A stretch of DNA of 61,279 bases, taken from the NCBI GenBank assembly GCA_032718475.1, contig JAUCBJ010000133.1:1-61279 (forward strand), written 5' to 3'. The translations under genes and the position numbers were made by a program. Source of the stretch: Nemertoderma westbladi (taxonomy: Eukaryota > Animalia > Xenacoelomorpha). Positions 34,830-46,811 of the stretch are shown here, in pieces. Position 1 is the first letter of the stretch; each line of letters starts with the position of its first letter. The notes under the pieces were generated by a model. The model was not told the origin of the DNA and did not search any database. It saw only the letters and a list, made by a program, of their open reading frames with translations.

Positions 34830-36573
34830 TATTCTGGTACAGAACTCCAGTTTCGGGACTTCTCAGTCAGTCAGTGGAGGTTGCTGTATAATGCATGTGA
34901 TTTTCCAAGCACAATTAATTTGCATTAGTATTAATTACATGCTGCCTTTGAAAAATCCCACAATACCAAATCGTGATATTTCAACCAATGAAAATTATCT
35001 CAGTATCCTGCTTTTTATGTCAGTATCCTGACTATCATTTTCATCTCTATCAACATGCATAGAGGATGATCATGATTATCAGGCATCCTCGTTAGTTAGT
35101 CAGGCATGCGTCCCATCATAGAGGGATGGTGGGACATATGCTCAGCTCATAAAGTCATAATATCCTGTACTGTAGTCACTCAGGATCCTAGTATTAATGG
35201 CAAGAAATGATAAGATATGTGCATATTATGGTCACTGAAGGCTTGTACAGTAACCCTTACTGGATAAAGTCATCGGATAGGGCCTACTACATTTGCCAAC
35301 ATTGTGACAGACCTGGATACAATACAGTGAGAGTTGTGAATTCTTTATATTTATTTTGATAATTTAACTTTAATATGAAAGTTTTAGTCAAATTATCTAT
35401 AATTTCGAGAATACTTTATGACACATACATATCGAGTATAAAATGTTCTAGAACAACAAATATTGGTTTTATATACAATAACTTTAAATCGAGAAAGTAT
35501 CAAGAAAAAGAAAACAAATCAAACCAAATTTGCCACTTCTAACGTTTAGGGCTGGACCTGGCTAAATGATTGTTAGAGCCTATTTATTAATTAGTGTCCT
35601 TATCGAGTGTTCTAGTTTTCACCACTACCGCAACGGGTGGATTTTTTTTATAAGAAATAATTTTTGTGCCGTAGTAACCTTAACGTATTTGTTTATGTTT
35701 AAAATTATTAAGCATTATTCAAAATTCAACGATTTATTTCAGAGAAAAAGTTATTTTTATTTTGAACTATTACACTTCGCAGAAATCTCAGTTCATGGTT
35801 TATTCAGGGTGTAAACGCTACGCAAAAAAACATTATTAAAGCTAAGTAATGTTAATTGTCAATTGAGAGAAAGGAACAGGTTACAATGGAAGGTTATTCT
35901 AACCAAAACAATAAACGAGAGCCACAAACTCTGGTTACATTTTCATATTTGCTGTTGTCGCCAGTGGTTGTCGGCGTAACGTTTACACCCGTTTATTCAT
36001 CGTTACGGGGACCATTACCCTAAATCTATTTTTTTTTCATTTATAAAGCTACTTTTACTATGAAAAGTGAGTATGGATAGCGCTTCGTAAACCCGTTTTT
36101 TTTTTAGAAAATTTTATAAATTTTGAGTCATTTATATGTAAAATATCTGATGTTTAAGGATCTGTAATACCACCAGGGTTGAAATTCTCGGTCCAAGACT
36201 TTGGCAAAAAAAATAAACCTAGATAATAGGCTATCTTCTATGAAAATTTCAGCACAAATTTATTGTTTTTGAAAAATTGAAGTGGGTTTTAGTATGTTCG
36301 GGCTATATTTTAGAAATCAAATATTTTGTGATAGAGAAAGCGTAGCAGTTACAAAATCGGGTCTAGAAGATCCAAATGGACAAGTTTTACAAAATCAATA
36401 CTCACGATTGTAGCCCTAAAGCCGCTGAACATTTGGGTATCTGTTTGATGACAATTAACTAAAAAATAAAAAAGTAGTGGAATTTAGTAATGTAAAAAGT
36501 GAAAATCGACAAACTGAGAAAAAGATTGTTTTATAGAGAGTCATGAATATCAACAATAAATAATGTTGAAGAA

Positions 36574-36707
36574 AAGCGCCTTTATATGGCGACATCTGTT
36601 TTCGCCATTGAATGATTTTTGACAACAAATCTGAGTCTGAATAAACAAAGTTTTCTTGTCAGAAATCATTCAATGGTGAAAACAGATGTCACCATATAAA
36701 GGCACTT
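36574..36707. repeat. Inverted repeat with 52-bp arms (MITE-like)
   Basis: Arms 36574-36625 and 36656-36707 match 48/52. Confidence 0.85.
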
Positions 36708-36783
36708 CTATCAAACTTCATCATGCTATCATTTTTATTTTGTATATTTTAGAAAATTCCACTTCAGTAGGGCAGATATATAA

Positions 36784-36815
<32 letters not shown>

Positions 36816-37035
36816 GGACGCAATAAAAATTCATTCCTCTCCAGGGGAAATTCGACGCAAATAACAGCTGATCACTCTCAAAAATAAAACTATAACCTGT
36901 TCTATTGTGTTTAGTTTATTGTTTTGTTAAAAAAAACGTGCCACTGTAACCTGCTCCTTTCCCTAAATTTATAATTTAACATTGAGGCGGGATATTAATT
37001 CGCCAAGATGGGTTTTGCGTCCAGTTTCCCCCCTG
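36784..37035 (+). mobile_element. MITE of about 250 bp, homologous to 15176-15430
   Basis: TIR GGGGACTGGACGCA / TGCGTCCAGTTTCCCC and shared body sequence. Confidence 0.7.
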
Positions 37036-37578
37036 TATCCAGTAGGGGGGTAATGGAAGTATTGTTTTCTCTTACAATCGTCTTTATCTCCCGCTCTGTA
37101 GTTAGTTTCCAGAATTCTTTGTAAGGTGTGAGAAAAAGACCCATAGAAAGCAATCAAAATTGAACCCCCTAGGGTTCAACCTACGCAAATAACAGCTGTT
37201 TACACCCAAAAAAGGAAATACTTGATGTATAATTAAATTTAATTCTGAAACTTCATATAAAGAGCATGATAGAATAAGAATGGTAAAAAATATGGTAGTT
37301 TTATCATCACCCTAACCGAAATAAAAATTAGGTCTACCTGGAAGCTATTTTTTGTCTACTGGTATCATAGCCATAATGATAAAATGAATGTCTAAGCCAT
37401 AAAATAAAGTTACAAAATATTTTCTAATAGTTTAAGATTAACTCAATGTGGACTTGTAAACAATAAACATAATATTCTACACAAACAATTGAGGCAACAA
37501 ACAGATAATGAGGGTAAGATGCATTCATACTAATAATAATTGAACATATTATATTAAAAAAAAACGGTACATTGTTTA

Positions 37579-37950
37579 TCAAGATGAAACTGGTTGTGGG
37601 GATTGGACAAGAGTATAAATCATACTATACAGATAGTAAAAGAAACTTAAGAGGAAGAATATCAGTTTAAACCATCCTTCCCGCTGGCATTTAGTCATTT
37701 GGTCCGCGTTCATTATAGTGGTGGGATCGTAAAGGCCCGGCGTGCTCATAACGGGCCTATTCGTGTAACGACGGATGTTGTATGCGATAACCGGGATGTT
37801 TAGGAGCAAACTAAACCATTCGCCGGATGCGAGAAACATCAAGTTAAAGAGAATGTGTAGTATATACTCGGGTAGCACCAAAGGATTCATACTGTTGCAC
37901 TGATCTATTGGGTTCTTGTAGTCTGTACGCAATTCGTCCATCGCAATAAT
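37579..37950 (-). CDS. CNIH1: Cornichon homolog, exon 2
   Basis: atatccctag|IIAMDELRTDYKNPIDQCNSMNPLVLPEY...RPVMSTPGLYDPTTIMNAD...EGWFKL. Closely matches cornichon/CNIH1. Confidence 0.97.
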   Translation of the reverse strand: MIAMDELRTDYKNPIDQCNSMNPLVLPEYILHILFNLMFLASGEWFSLLLNIPVIAYNIRRYTNRPVMSTPGLYDPTTIMNADQMTKCQREGWFKLIFFLLSFFYYLYSMIYTLVQSPQPVSS

Positions 37951-38352
37951 CTAGGGATATAAGGAAATATTACAGCGAATTAAACAATTGGCAGTGTTGT
38001 AGGTAGTCGTAGTGTAAACAAAACAGGTCAGGTAGCTATGGTAGGGTACTGTACTAGTAGGTACCGGTACATGAAAAAGTTTTAATTTTCAACTCAGTTT
38101 AAATTTGAACTTCTCTCCGACTGCCACAGCCACATATGTCAGTCTCAGGACAACCGCCAGACCACCTAGTGCTGTAAAATAAATATTTACAGGTGGTATA
38201 CTGGTATTATAATTAGGCTATAGGCTATGTGACAGCGCCCAGCGCCTTCGCAACGTCTGAACGTAGGCCTATGGTACCCGGCCGGTGGTAGCTTGGTAGC
38301 TCATTAGCTCGATACAGCCTACAGGCAGACAGACTGCAGTGCAGTGCAGGAC

Positions 38353-39335
38353 CAGGGTTGGCAACCAATGGTTTTTCTCACCATTGGTTTTTTATGGTTT
38401 TTTGGTTTAACCAACTTTTAAAAAAAGGCGAAAAAATTGGTTTTTTATGGTTTTTTATGGTTTTTCATAAAATTTTACAATTAACGCTGTAAATAATATA
38501 AAGCAGACTGGTAGTCGCATTTCTTTTTCATTTTGCACTGTTAGAAGGAAAAAAATTCACTCACTTTGAGTTTTGCTCGCGTTTCTTTAGGGCCTATCTT
38601 ATCATTTTGCCAGTTTGCTGTTTTGCACTGTTCAGCTGTTCAGCTGATAGAATGAACAAATTTCTTTAACTTTGAGTTTTGATCGCGTTTCTTTTTCATC
38701 TGTTCATTTTGCAATGTTAATGAAAAGGTTTTGCTCGCTTCGCTGGCGTATGTTTCTCGTTTACATTGTTAAAATGTTGTGTGCGCGTTTTTTTCGGTGC
38801 ATGCGCTGATGCGCGGTATATTGTCCAATACTGCACTGCGCGGCTGAAAAATTGTGCGCAGGCGTTGTGCGCGGTTCAGTGGTGGTTTGCAGCCTGGTGA
38901 GTGGCGTGCAGTGGAGCAGTGCAGACGTCTGGACGTTGGTATGTATTTTTACGTTGTATGTTGTTAGTATTTTGTCACATGCTGACATGGGCTGATGGGT
39001 TGGATGAGAGTAAGGACAGAACAGCAGAAGAAACGCTTCAAACCAGCATTCTGTATGTGGCCTTACAGCCTTACAGCCTTATTCAGTCAGTCAGTTATTC
39101 CAGTATTTTGTTCTATTGGGCAAGCACAAGGCAGCAAGGGTTGTACTGGCAGACTGTTGTACGTAGACCCTACATTTGTATGTATTGCCAATTGCTGTCA
39201 GGCTGTATTGGATTTAATTAAACCACAGAAAAACCATAATAAACCATAAAAAACCGAAAAAAACCATAAAAAACCAAACAATAAAACCAAAACCAAAAAT
39301 TTTTTTTCAAAAAACCATGGTTTTTGCCATCCCTG
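38353..39335. mobile_element. hAT-type non-autonomous element in the cornichon intron
   Basis: TIR CAGGGTTGGCAA / TTGCCATCCCTG, perfect 8-bp TSD TGCAGGAC, subterminal GGTTTTT/AAAAACC arrays. Confidence 0.92.
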
Positions 39336-39425
39336 TGCAGGACCGACAGACACCCATGACCGCCTGATCTGATCCCAGATCCCACCTTCAATTTTTTCAG
39401 TATTCTGGTATTTCGTAGTACTTAC

Positions 39426-39506
39426 TTGATAAATGGCGAAGAACAAGAGAACTGCAGATAATACCAAAGCTACAATGTAGCAGAATGCCGCAAACGTAAA
39501 AGCCAT
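39426..39506 (-). CDS. CNIH1: Cornichon homolog, exon 1
   Basis: MAFTFAAFCYIVALVLSAVLLFFAIYQ|gtaagt, 81 nt, phase 0. Joins exon 2 to give 150 aa. Confidence 0.97.
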
Positions 39507-40904
39507 ATTAATACAGTCAGACAGTACCGGTATTAAAATAATAGGCTAAAGAAGGTAGGCCAACTGCCGCATACATAGACTCGATGATCTAAACATAAAC
39601 TAGATCAGTAGATGTCATTGACTCATAGGCCTACAGTCATAGCCCTGTAGCCATAGGCCTAGGTCAGTGCAGCAGTAGGTCTAATCTTAGAATTCTTGCA
39701 GCCTGGAATCTAAGAAATTAGCGAAATTTCGGAATCTGACATTAGGCAGTTAGGCTATTGCTATTAACGCCAAACTTCCAAAAGCTGTTAGGCCTAACTG
39801 CTGAACTGTACTGCTGTAAATGGCCAGGCCATACAGCCATAGACAGATAGGCCTAGACTTCGTAGACCAAGACTGTCTGATTGTTGTTGGAAATAATTTC
39901 CGAAATTCCGCTAAATTTCTTAAGATTACAGGAATAGGCCTAGGCTGCTATGAACTGATGAATGACTTACTGACTTAAGGTGTAAGGTTAGGTTAGGGAT
40001 GGATACCGGTCTGCCAGTACTGTTATGTGTTAGGGCATTAGCCCCTATGCCTACCTCTCTACCTCTACATGACGGTACCGGTATGACAGCTTTTATTATG
40101 ATTGAGGCCTGACCAACCAACAGACTAAGCCTAACTAGTTAACACTGCAGAACTGCCTAACCAAAATACAGAAATAGGCATATACATACTGTACTGACAT
40201 AAACTAAATACCCACAGGCTGACAGGGCCACAAGCCACTTAAAAACTAAAGTCTGAAAGTAAGCCTACACTAGGCAGACAATGCCAATGCTGCAATGAGT
40301 TCATGAACTCAATTTTATTCTTTACTTTAAATTTGAGTTTAAACAGTTAAAGTAAAGAATAAAATAGTGGCAGGAATAAAGAGAAATGATACGAGCTCAC
40401 TAATTGGCTGTTCACATAGATGTTTTAGGCATTGTAGATGCGCAGTGCATGTATGGTCAGAGCGACCACCCAGTCTGCCCAAATATATTTTGTAATCAAA
40501 TGGTACCACAAGCCAAGCAAAGCCTACAGTACGACAGTCCATTCCGGCTCTGCACCTGTTTGTTTGAGGTCGAGGTGATGGGTCCCTACTCGCTAGCTGT
40601 GATTGATAGCTTAAACTGGGTGCCGCTTTGCCAGAAGACGGTACACATCAATTGAATATCAGGCAAACATTTAAAATATGCTAAAAATAGAAAACGTCAG
40701 GGGCAGGGTATATTTCAATATCTCTATTAAGTTAAAACAACACAAGATTGTAGCCGCCGTTCTATCTTCTTTGAAAGTTGAAAGCCTTTCTTAGTTTTTA
40801 TGAAGGAATTCTCGCGCTCTCGTCACCGTAGTTATCATATTAAACAGTTAAGGTAGTAGTTAGTACGGGTTGACCTCAGGTGGAATAACAAAAGTTATTA
40901 CAGT

Positions 40905-40942
40905 ATTACAAGCTTTCTCCGAACAGGGCTTCTTCAGGGCAT
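40905..40942 (-). ncRNA. Degenerate minimal hammerhead-like motif
   Basis: Minus strand CUGAAGA-AGCCCUGUUCGGA-GAAAGCUUGUA with palindromic AAGCUU. Stems I and II pair poorly. Confidence 0.35.
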
Positions 40943-41451
40943 TTATAATGAAACTGCGTAGGCCTACTTTACCATCCTGGACTCGGACTGCATTAAAAGT
41001 TACTCAACGAAATATAACCTAGCTGAATAAACATTGAAGCAAAAACATGGGAACAGTGATAAGACGACCGAAAAAGTATTGGAATGTGATGGGAATGAGA
41101 AACGACATCCATACTGAACCATTTCCATGTAAAGCAACCGATAGTACTATGCGCATAGCGTAGGCCTTCTCAAATTTATATCGCCTAAATATATTCAATC
41201 TTCTATTCTCATTATCCTCTGTGTAAAATAAGATGTTGTATAAAGTATTTTTTTTTCAACCTTTATACTATTTGTATATTTTTAACTAATATAACTGGAG
41301 AACTGACCAGTAAATTGTGAACGGCATGCAGCATGCATCAAACTCGTGCCTACAGAGTAAAAACGTACAAAAAAAAAACAAAACCTACTTACAGGCCTAC
41401 TGCGTACATGGAAAGAAGCCAGTGAGTTCCCGAATGGCCGGGCAATTCGCG

Positions 41452-41715
41452 TCAATGGATTCCGTCCACGGAAGGGGGGAAAACAGGGTCTCTGCGGAGC
41501 CACATCGCGGCATTCCCACGCCACAATGTAACGGACAGGCGTTGGAATAGGTGCTTGGCTGCATCGGGAGCAGTAATGCCTCGACGGAGCTCTGGAGACG
41601 CGCGATTTCCCAGAGGACTGCACTGGAGTCCGAGTCCCATCCGCCCAGGGCCTCCAACACAAGAGGGTTGAATCCCACACCTGAATTGCGGCACTCCTCG
41701 AGGTGGGCGGTGAGA
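41452..41715 (-). pseudogene. 3' end of a CRE-clade non-LTR retrotransposon (restriction-like endonuclease C-terminus)
   Basis: FNPLVLEALGGW...IA...[frameshift]AAKHLFQRLSVTLWRGNAAMW is the characteristic CRE C-terminus. Confidence 0.8.
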
Positions 41716-41969
41716 AAAAAACATCGCAAAATGTATAAAGGTAACCTCAACTTTTACAAGTGACCAATATTCCATTCTCATTGACTCTGTGTTAAACAGG
41801 AATAACGTGAACGTGATTGGTTGCTGTTTAGTAGCAGCTTTCTCCTACCACATCACTCGTTTTATACAAAATGGTAACTGGAAAAGCCATGATCTAAGCA
41901 CCCGTTTGCCATAGTGCTGTAGTGTGGTGAAAACTAGCTGGGAGTGCGGATAATATTGCTTAATAGTAC

Positions 41970-44762
41970 TACTACTACTAGGATCGGCATGCTGCATTGC
42001 AGCTGCATTTTTAAGAATGCTGTGCCGGCTTGTCAACAAAATTGCACTGCCACAACTCCCTATCACCCATGACATTTGCTAGATCATCCGCATCTTTAAG
42101 GCCAGTGTCCTTTAAGATGCGTCTCAAGAAAGTCATGGGCTGTCCACCATGCTTATTCACTCCATGAGGCTGCCAAAGTACAAGATTATGCACTGGCTGG
42201 TCCTTACGGCAAAAGCAATGTCCTGCAAAGCGGAGGCGATTTTGTTCTAGTGTCAAGCTTGGGGGAACCAATGAGAGACCTCCAATGTTATATAGTGTCT
42301 GGTTGGAGATGTGTGCATTGTACTTGACACAATGAACCCGGCGTAGCATTCTTGTGAATGTGCCATCCAGAGATTTGGTGTCCTCAGCAGTTAGAGCCCA
42401 GCATGGACTCCCGTAGAGGAGTACTGGAACTACTGCTGCTCTAAATAATCGGACCTTAAGTTTCCGATTAATTCTCGGTGACTTCCAAATCCTGGAAAGC
42501 CTATTCAAGGCTGCCCATGCCTTTCCCTTATGTATTCGAAGGTCCTCACCTGACTTCCGGATCCATGATCCCATGTAACAGAAGTCGTCCACATGCTCAA
42601 GCATACCATCATTTGAGCTTATGCTCATCCGATCAGAGACTTGCTGAGGACTTTCAAAGTTAACGGTCAGAATTTTGGTCTTTCTGGAGTTAATAAAAAG
42701 ACCAACACTAGAAGCAGCATGTTCTAATGAGCTGAGGAGCCGTTGGGCTCCCTCTAATGATTCTGAGAGTACTCCTAAGTCATCAGCAAAGTCTAGATCA
42801 GTTAGGTACTTGGCAGGATTTCCTCGACTTCTGGAGCCAGTAGGTGGAGTTATCATCACCCCATCATCATTATGATGATCTAAGGACATGCGTAGAACAT
42901 AGTCAACCACAACAATGAACAAGAATGGTGCAAGTGTGTCTCCTTGGAGGACGCCCCATAACACTTCAAATGGTTCTGTGTCACCGTCAACAGTAGACAC
43001 AAATGTTGTCGAACCATCGTATACTGATCTTATTGCTGCAATAATTTCATCAGGAATCCCATATAATGAAAGTATGCTGAACATACGTGAGCGAGAGACT
43101 GAATGAAAGGCCTTGAAGAAGTCAACAAAGATAACAGCCAGATGCCTGTCTTTCTTTTTTGATAATTCTTCAATTATCCTTCTAAGTGCCAAAATGGGCT
43201 CCATGGTACCACGACCTTTACGGAACCCATTCTGATTTCCACGGAGCAGTCTCTCAATGGGATCCCTGATGCGATTTAATAGAATCCTATTGTATAGCTT
43301 TGCAGCAATCGAGATCAATGAGATTCCCCGAAAAGAACCATAGAGTGTTAGGTTGCCCTTCTTAGGAACTGGCACCAACTTATTTGTTTTCATTTCTTGT
43401 GGGACTCTTGTTGTTCGGTACATGTCTACTATGATGGGATAGATGAGCTTTAAACACTCAGGTATTTTAAAGACCTCAGGAGGAACACCATCTACTCCAC
43501 TGGCACGATTGGTCTTAATGCTCTTTGCAGCAGCCTTCACTTCTGCAAAGGAGATATCGCCAATGGGAATATCTGGGAGTACAGACTCAGACACTTTTAC
43601 TTCTATAAAGTTATCAGGCAATACCCTGTCATTATTGAGGAGCTTTTCAAAGTGGGATTTCCAACCATTGAGGCGATCGGCTGGTGATTCAGCCTTAACC
43701 TTGGTGGTTGGTTGGCTTTTCCGCCCAGTAAGCAGATTGATTGATTTCCATGCCTGGGATGATTGCCTGCTGTCGTCAGCATCATTGATGGCATCAACCT
43801 GTTGGTTTATTAGCTCCTGTAGATTAACAGAGTACTGCCTGTTCAGGGACCTAGATGCAGCCTTAACTGCATTCTTGGCCGCTGTAGTCTGTTTGAGTCG
43901 GGACTCTTTCTGCGCCTTATGAAGGTCATTTCGGCACTTCTGAATTTTGTTGTCAGTCCAGGGGGCCCTTTTCCTGTTTCGAGGGTATACAGGAACTGTT
44001 TCTGCAGCTGCTAACTTAACTGCTTCTGTGAAGGCAGTATAGCCCTCGCAGTGATCTGCTGCCTCAGAGGCAAGAACCTCATACCTGTTGCTCAGCTGTA
44101 GTGTGAAGCTGGATCTCACACTTGGCTGTTGCAACTGAGAGGACCAGTCATGCCACGGCAAGGCAGATTTCGTTGTTCTGCTAGCACGCAGACTAAGTCT
44201 TACCTTGGCCACAATAAGGCGGTGATCACTGGAGAAGGGTCGAAGTGTAAATGCATTACAGTCTTGTATAGAGCTCCTGTATTTCCTACAAAACAGAATA
44301 TGGTCTATCTGGGACTTGTAACCACTGGGTCCACTATGACTCCATAGCTTTCCAGTTCGTTTCTTGAACTGGGTTCCAGCCGAAAAAAATCAATTTCCAG
44401 AGATAAAATCCTGAAGATGGACGGAATTTCGGTTAACACTATTGCTATAGTCCCAGGGTGATGTAGGTGATAGATGCAGACTTGCATTTAAGTCTCCCAG
44501 GAATGTTAAGAATGCATGCTGATCCACTCCATCAGTAGCTGCTTGTAGATTGTGGTAGAAATTTTCTACCTCCTCTACAGGGGCAGCACTAGTTGGAGAG
44601 TGGCACACAATCAGAACCACCTTAGGAAACTTCTTAGCCAGTCTTCCAGAACATGAGAAGTGGCAACGGATGATGCGGTTAGAGATTTGGTCTATTTTGT
44701 CCAATGCTGCATGTGCAGTTGGATTCATCAATAGACCAATTCCACCATTGCCACTATCATCT
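41970..44762 (-). mobile_element. 5'-truncated RTE-clade LINE (partial APE, frameshifted; RT frame 42011-44212)
   Basis: RT motifs QGDTLAPFLF, LDFADD, LRFAGHC. (TAG)n tail. 12-bp TSD GCTTAATAGTAC at 41958-41969 and 44771-44782. Confidence 0.92.
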
Positions 44763-45669
44763 GCTTAATAGCTTAATAGTACAGTAGTAATAAAAGTAAA
44801 CAAAGGAAAAACTGGCCACAAGCTGACAAGTTGCCACCACAATTTGAGCAATGGTATCTGGTGTGGCCTCTCTGTCTCCCTCCTTCAGTATGCTATAGAT
44901 ATTGTATTTCAGTTGTTGAATTCATTGCTACACAGTAATGTAGCAAGCCCATAGTTATTGCGAACAAAGACTGACTTATACTTTTCAAGCTGTGCAGTGC
45001 CACTGCCCCGCACAAGCCCAAACCTGGGGCATTATCTAGATATCTATATCCTAACACATTTGCTATTATACGGTTTATTAACAGTGGAAGTTAAAGACGA
45101 AACCAGTTAGAACCAGTTTGTCCTGTAAACCTGCGCGGGTCTACAACAAACTTCACTTGGAATCTCAGAGCCCCAACAACTCAACTCATGCCAAGTCTAC
45201 TACAGTAGCATAGATCCCATGACACAGTATTATCATTTAAAAGGGCTTAGAAAGTTTTCAAGTGATGGATATTAATAAGTTTATGATAATTGATATAATT
45301 CAACATAGATTATACATACTGCACAAATGATTGTTGCTGTATGCTTAAAGAAAATGAATGGAACCCGTAGACCTAGTTCGTCAGACAGCCAACCTAAAAC
45401 CCGCTATTGCTAAGCTGTACCCATGAAAATTATAATGAGTAATGGAAGCACCACCCATTCACCTAAAATACCAATAATAATAATTATTATAACTTCTGAA
45501 AGAGATTCAGTCAAGAATTTAGTTTCAAGACAAACGAAGTCGGCAGTCAAACAATCAATCGAAAAATCAATCAGCAAAAAAAAATGAAATAAAAGTAAAA
45601 AGTCAATTTTTGAGAGCATCAACTCTCATACTGTATATCTTTTTATAATGGTGTTTAATTAGTGTTCCT

Positions 45670-45812
45670 CTAAAGAAACAGAGTGAGGATGGCTACAGCC
45701 ACAATCATAACTAATTGGACACCTAGTTTGCTGCCATTGTTCCATTTCTTACTCGTGCAACAGTGTGTTGTGGGGATGGGATCTACCACAGTGATGGAAG
45801 CATTGCCCAAAC
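45670..45812 (-). CDS. Terminal exon with hydrophobic GPI-signal-like tail, probably of the CUB-domain gene
   Basis: ttgttttgcag|(G)LGNASITVVDPIPTTHCCTSKKWNNGSKLGVQLVMIVAVAILTLFL*. Phase 1 matches the donor at 55732. Confidence 0.55.
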
Positions 45813-45972
45813 CTGCAAAACAATATGAAAGTACAAAGCGAGTGGCATTTTGGATTAAAATAAAATTCAGTGTAGATCTACCTTAGGTCTAATTATTTTC
45901 AGTGGGGCCTTCAATATTTCAAATATAAGAAAGAACATACTTTAAAATATATTTATGAAACATATGTATCAG

Positions 45973-46452
45973 CAGGGTCACCACCTCCCAAAGGGTTGAA
46001 TTTCATTTTTCTTGAAATGTCAGGGAATTCTTGTAAAAAATGGACAAATCATGGAAAAGTAAGGGATTGTGGTTTATACAGGACAAGTGTCATAAGCGAA
46101 AAAGTGTCAAAAAATTTATGCTTGCTTCGCTCTCCATTACATTCCCTCATATCACTAACTATAAATACAAACTCTGAATTTTTCAAGAAGAAGAAATATA
46201 GATAGATATAAATGTTGTACTTTCCTATGAGTGACTGAAAAAGGCCTAAATATGATAGCCCACTCCAAAGCGAATAAATCTTCTACCACCCTGGTAGCTA
46301 GCTCAGTGGTCTTAGGACACATCATAATGTACTACAGTATAACATATATAAATATAGATAGAAGTCAAATATAAACTTCAGTCAGGGAATTTTTTCAATG
46401 AGTCAGGGAAATATCAGGGAAAATTGAAATTGAAATAAAAACGGCAACCCTG
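45973..46452. mobile_element. hAT-like MITE with 5-bp TSD
   Basis: Ends CAGGGTCACC / GGCAACCCTG, internal GTCAGGGAA repeats, and ATCAG on both sides. Confidence 0.65.
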
Positions 46453-46454
46453 AT

Positions 46455-46603
46455 CAGTGTAGTGAGGTGATATTAAAATACAAAGACTTCTATTGGAGAG
46501 CAGTGTAGTTAGGTGATATTAAAATACAGACACTTTAATTGGAGAGCAGTGTAGTTAGGTGATATTAAAATACAAACACTTCTATCGGAGAGCAGTGTAG
46601 TTA
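46455..46603. repeat. 46-bp tandem repeat, about 3.2 copies
   Basis: Unit CAGTGTAGTTAGGTGATATTAAAATACAAACACTTCTATTGGAGAG. Confidence 0.9.
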
Positions 46604-46763
46604 CATGTGTTTAAATGTCATTGTGCTACATCAGGTTCAGTGTGTCAAATACTGTACAATGCAATCCAAATTGTCGACATGCTACAGCTGGGGGTCTGCC
46701 ATTTACGAAGTTTATAATATGTTAAGGATAGCGGGTCCAGCAATAAAAACGATTGGTATTATT

Positions 46764-46811
46764 ATTATTCGCGAGGCCATTCGGGCCTAAACCCTTCTTC
46801 AGGCGATTATT
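46764..46811 (-). ncRNA. Minimal type I hammerhead ribozyme motif in the pLTR (one core mismatch)
   Basis: UCGC-CUGAAGA-A-GGGUUUAGGCCC-GAAU-GGCC-UC-GCGA. Stem I UCGC/GCGA, stem II GGG/CCC, palindromic stem III. GAAA is changed to GAAU. Confidence 0.7.

Noticed and set aside
39198-39506. 102-aa two-TM ORF as a standalone gene
   Set aside because: It is cornichon exon 1 read through the GTAAGT donor into the intronic hAT element.
45670-45812. Ly6/uPAR three-finger protein last exon (CC....CN plus GPI)
   Set aside because: The motif reads CCTSKKWN, lacking the last Cys. No upstream Ly6 exons were found, and the phase fits the CUB exon. Not fully excluded.
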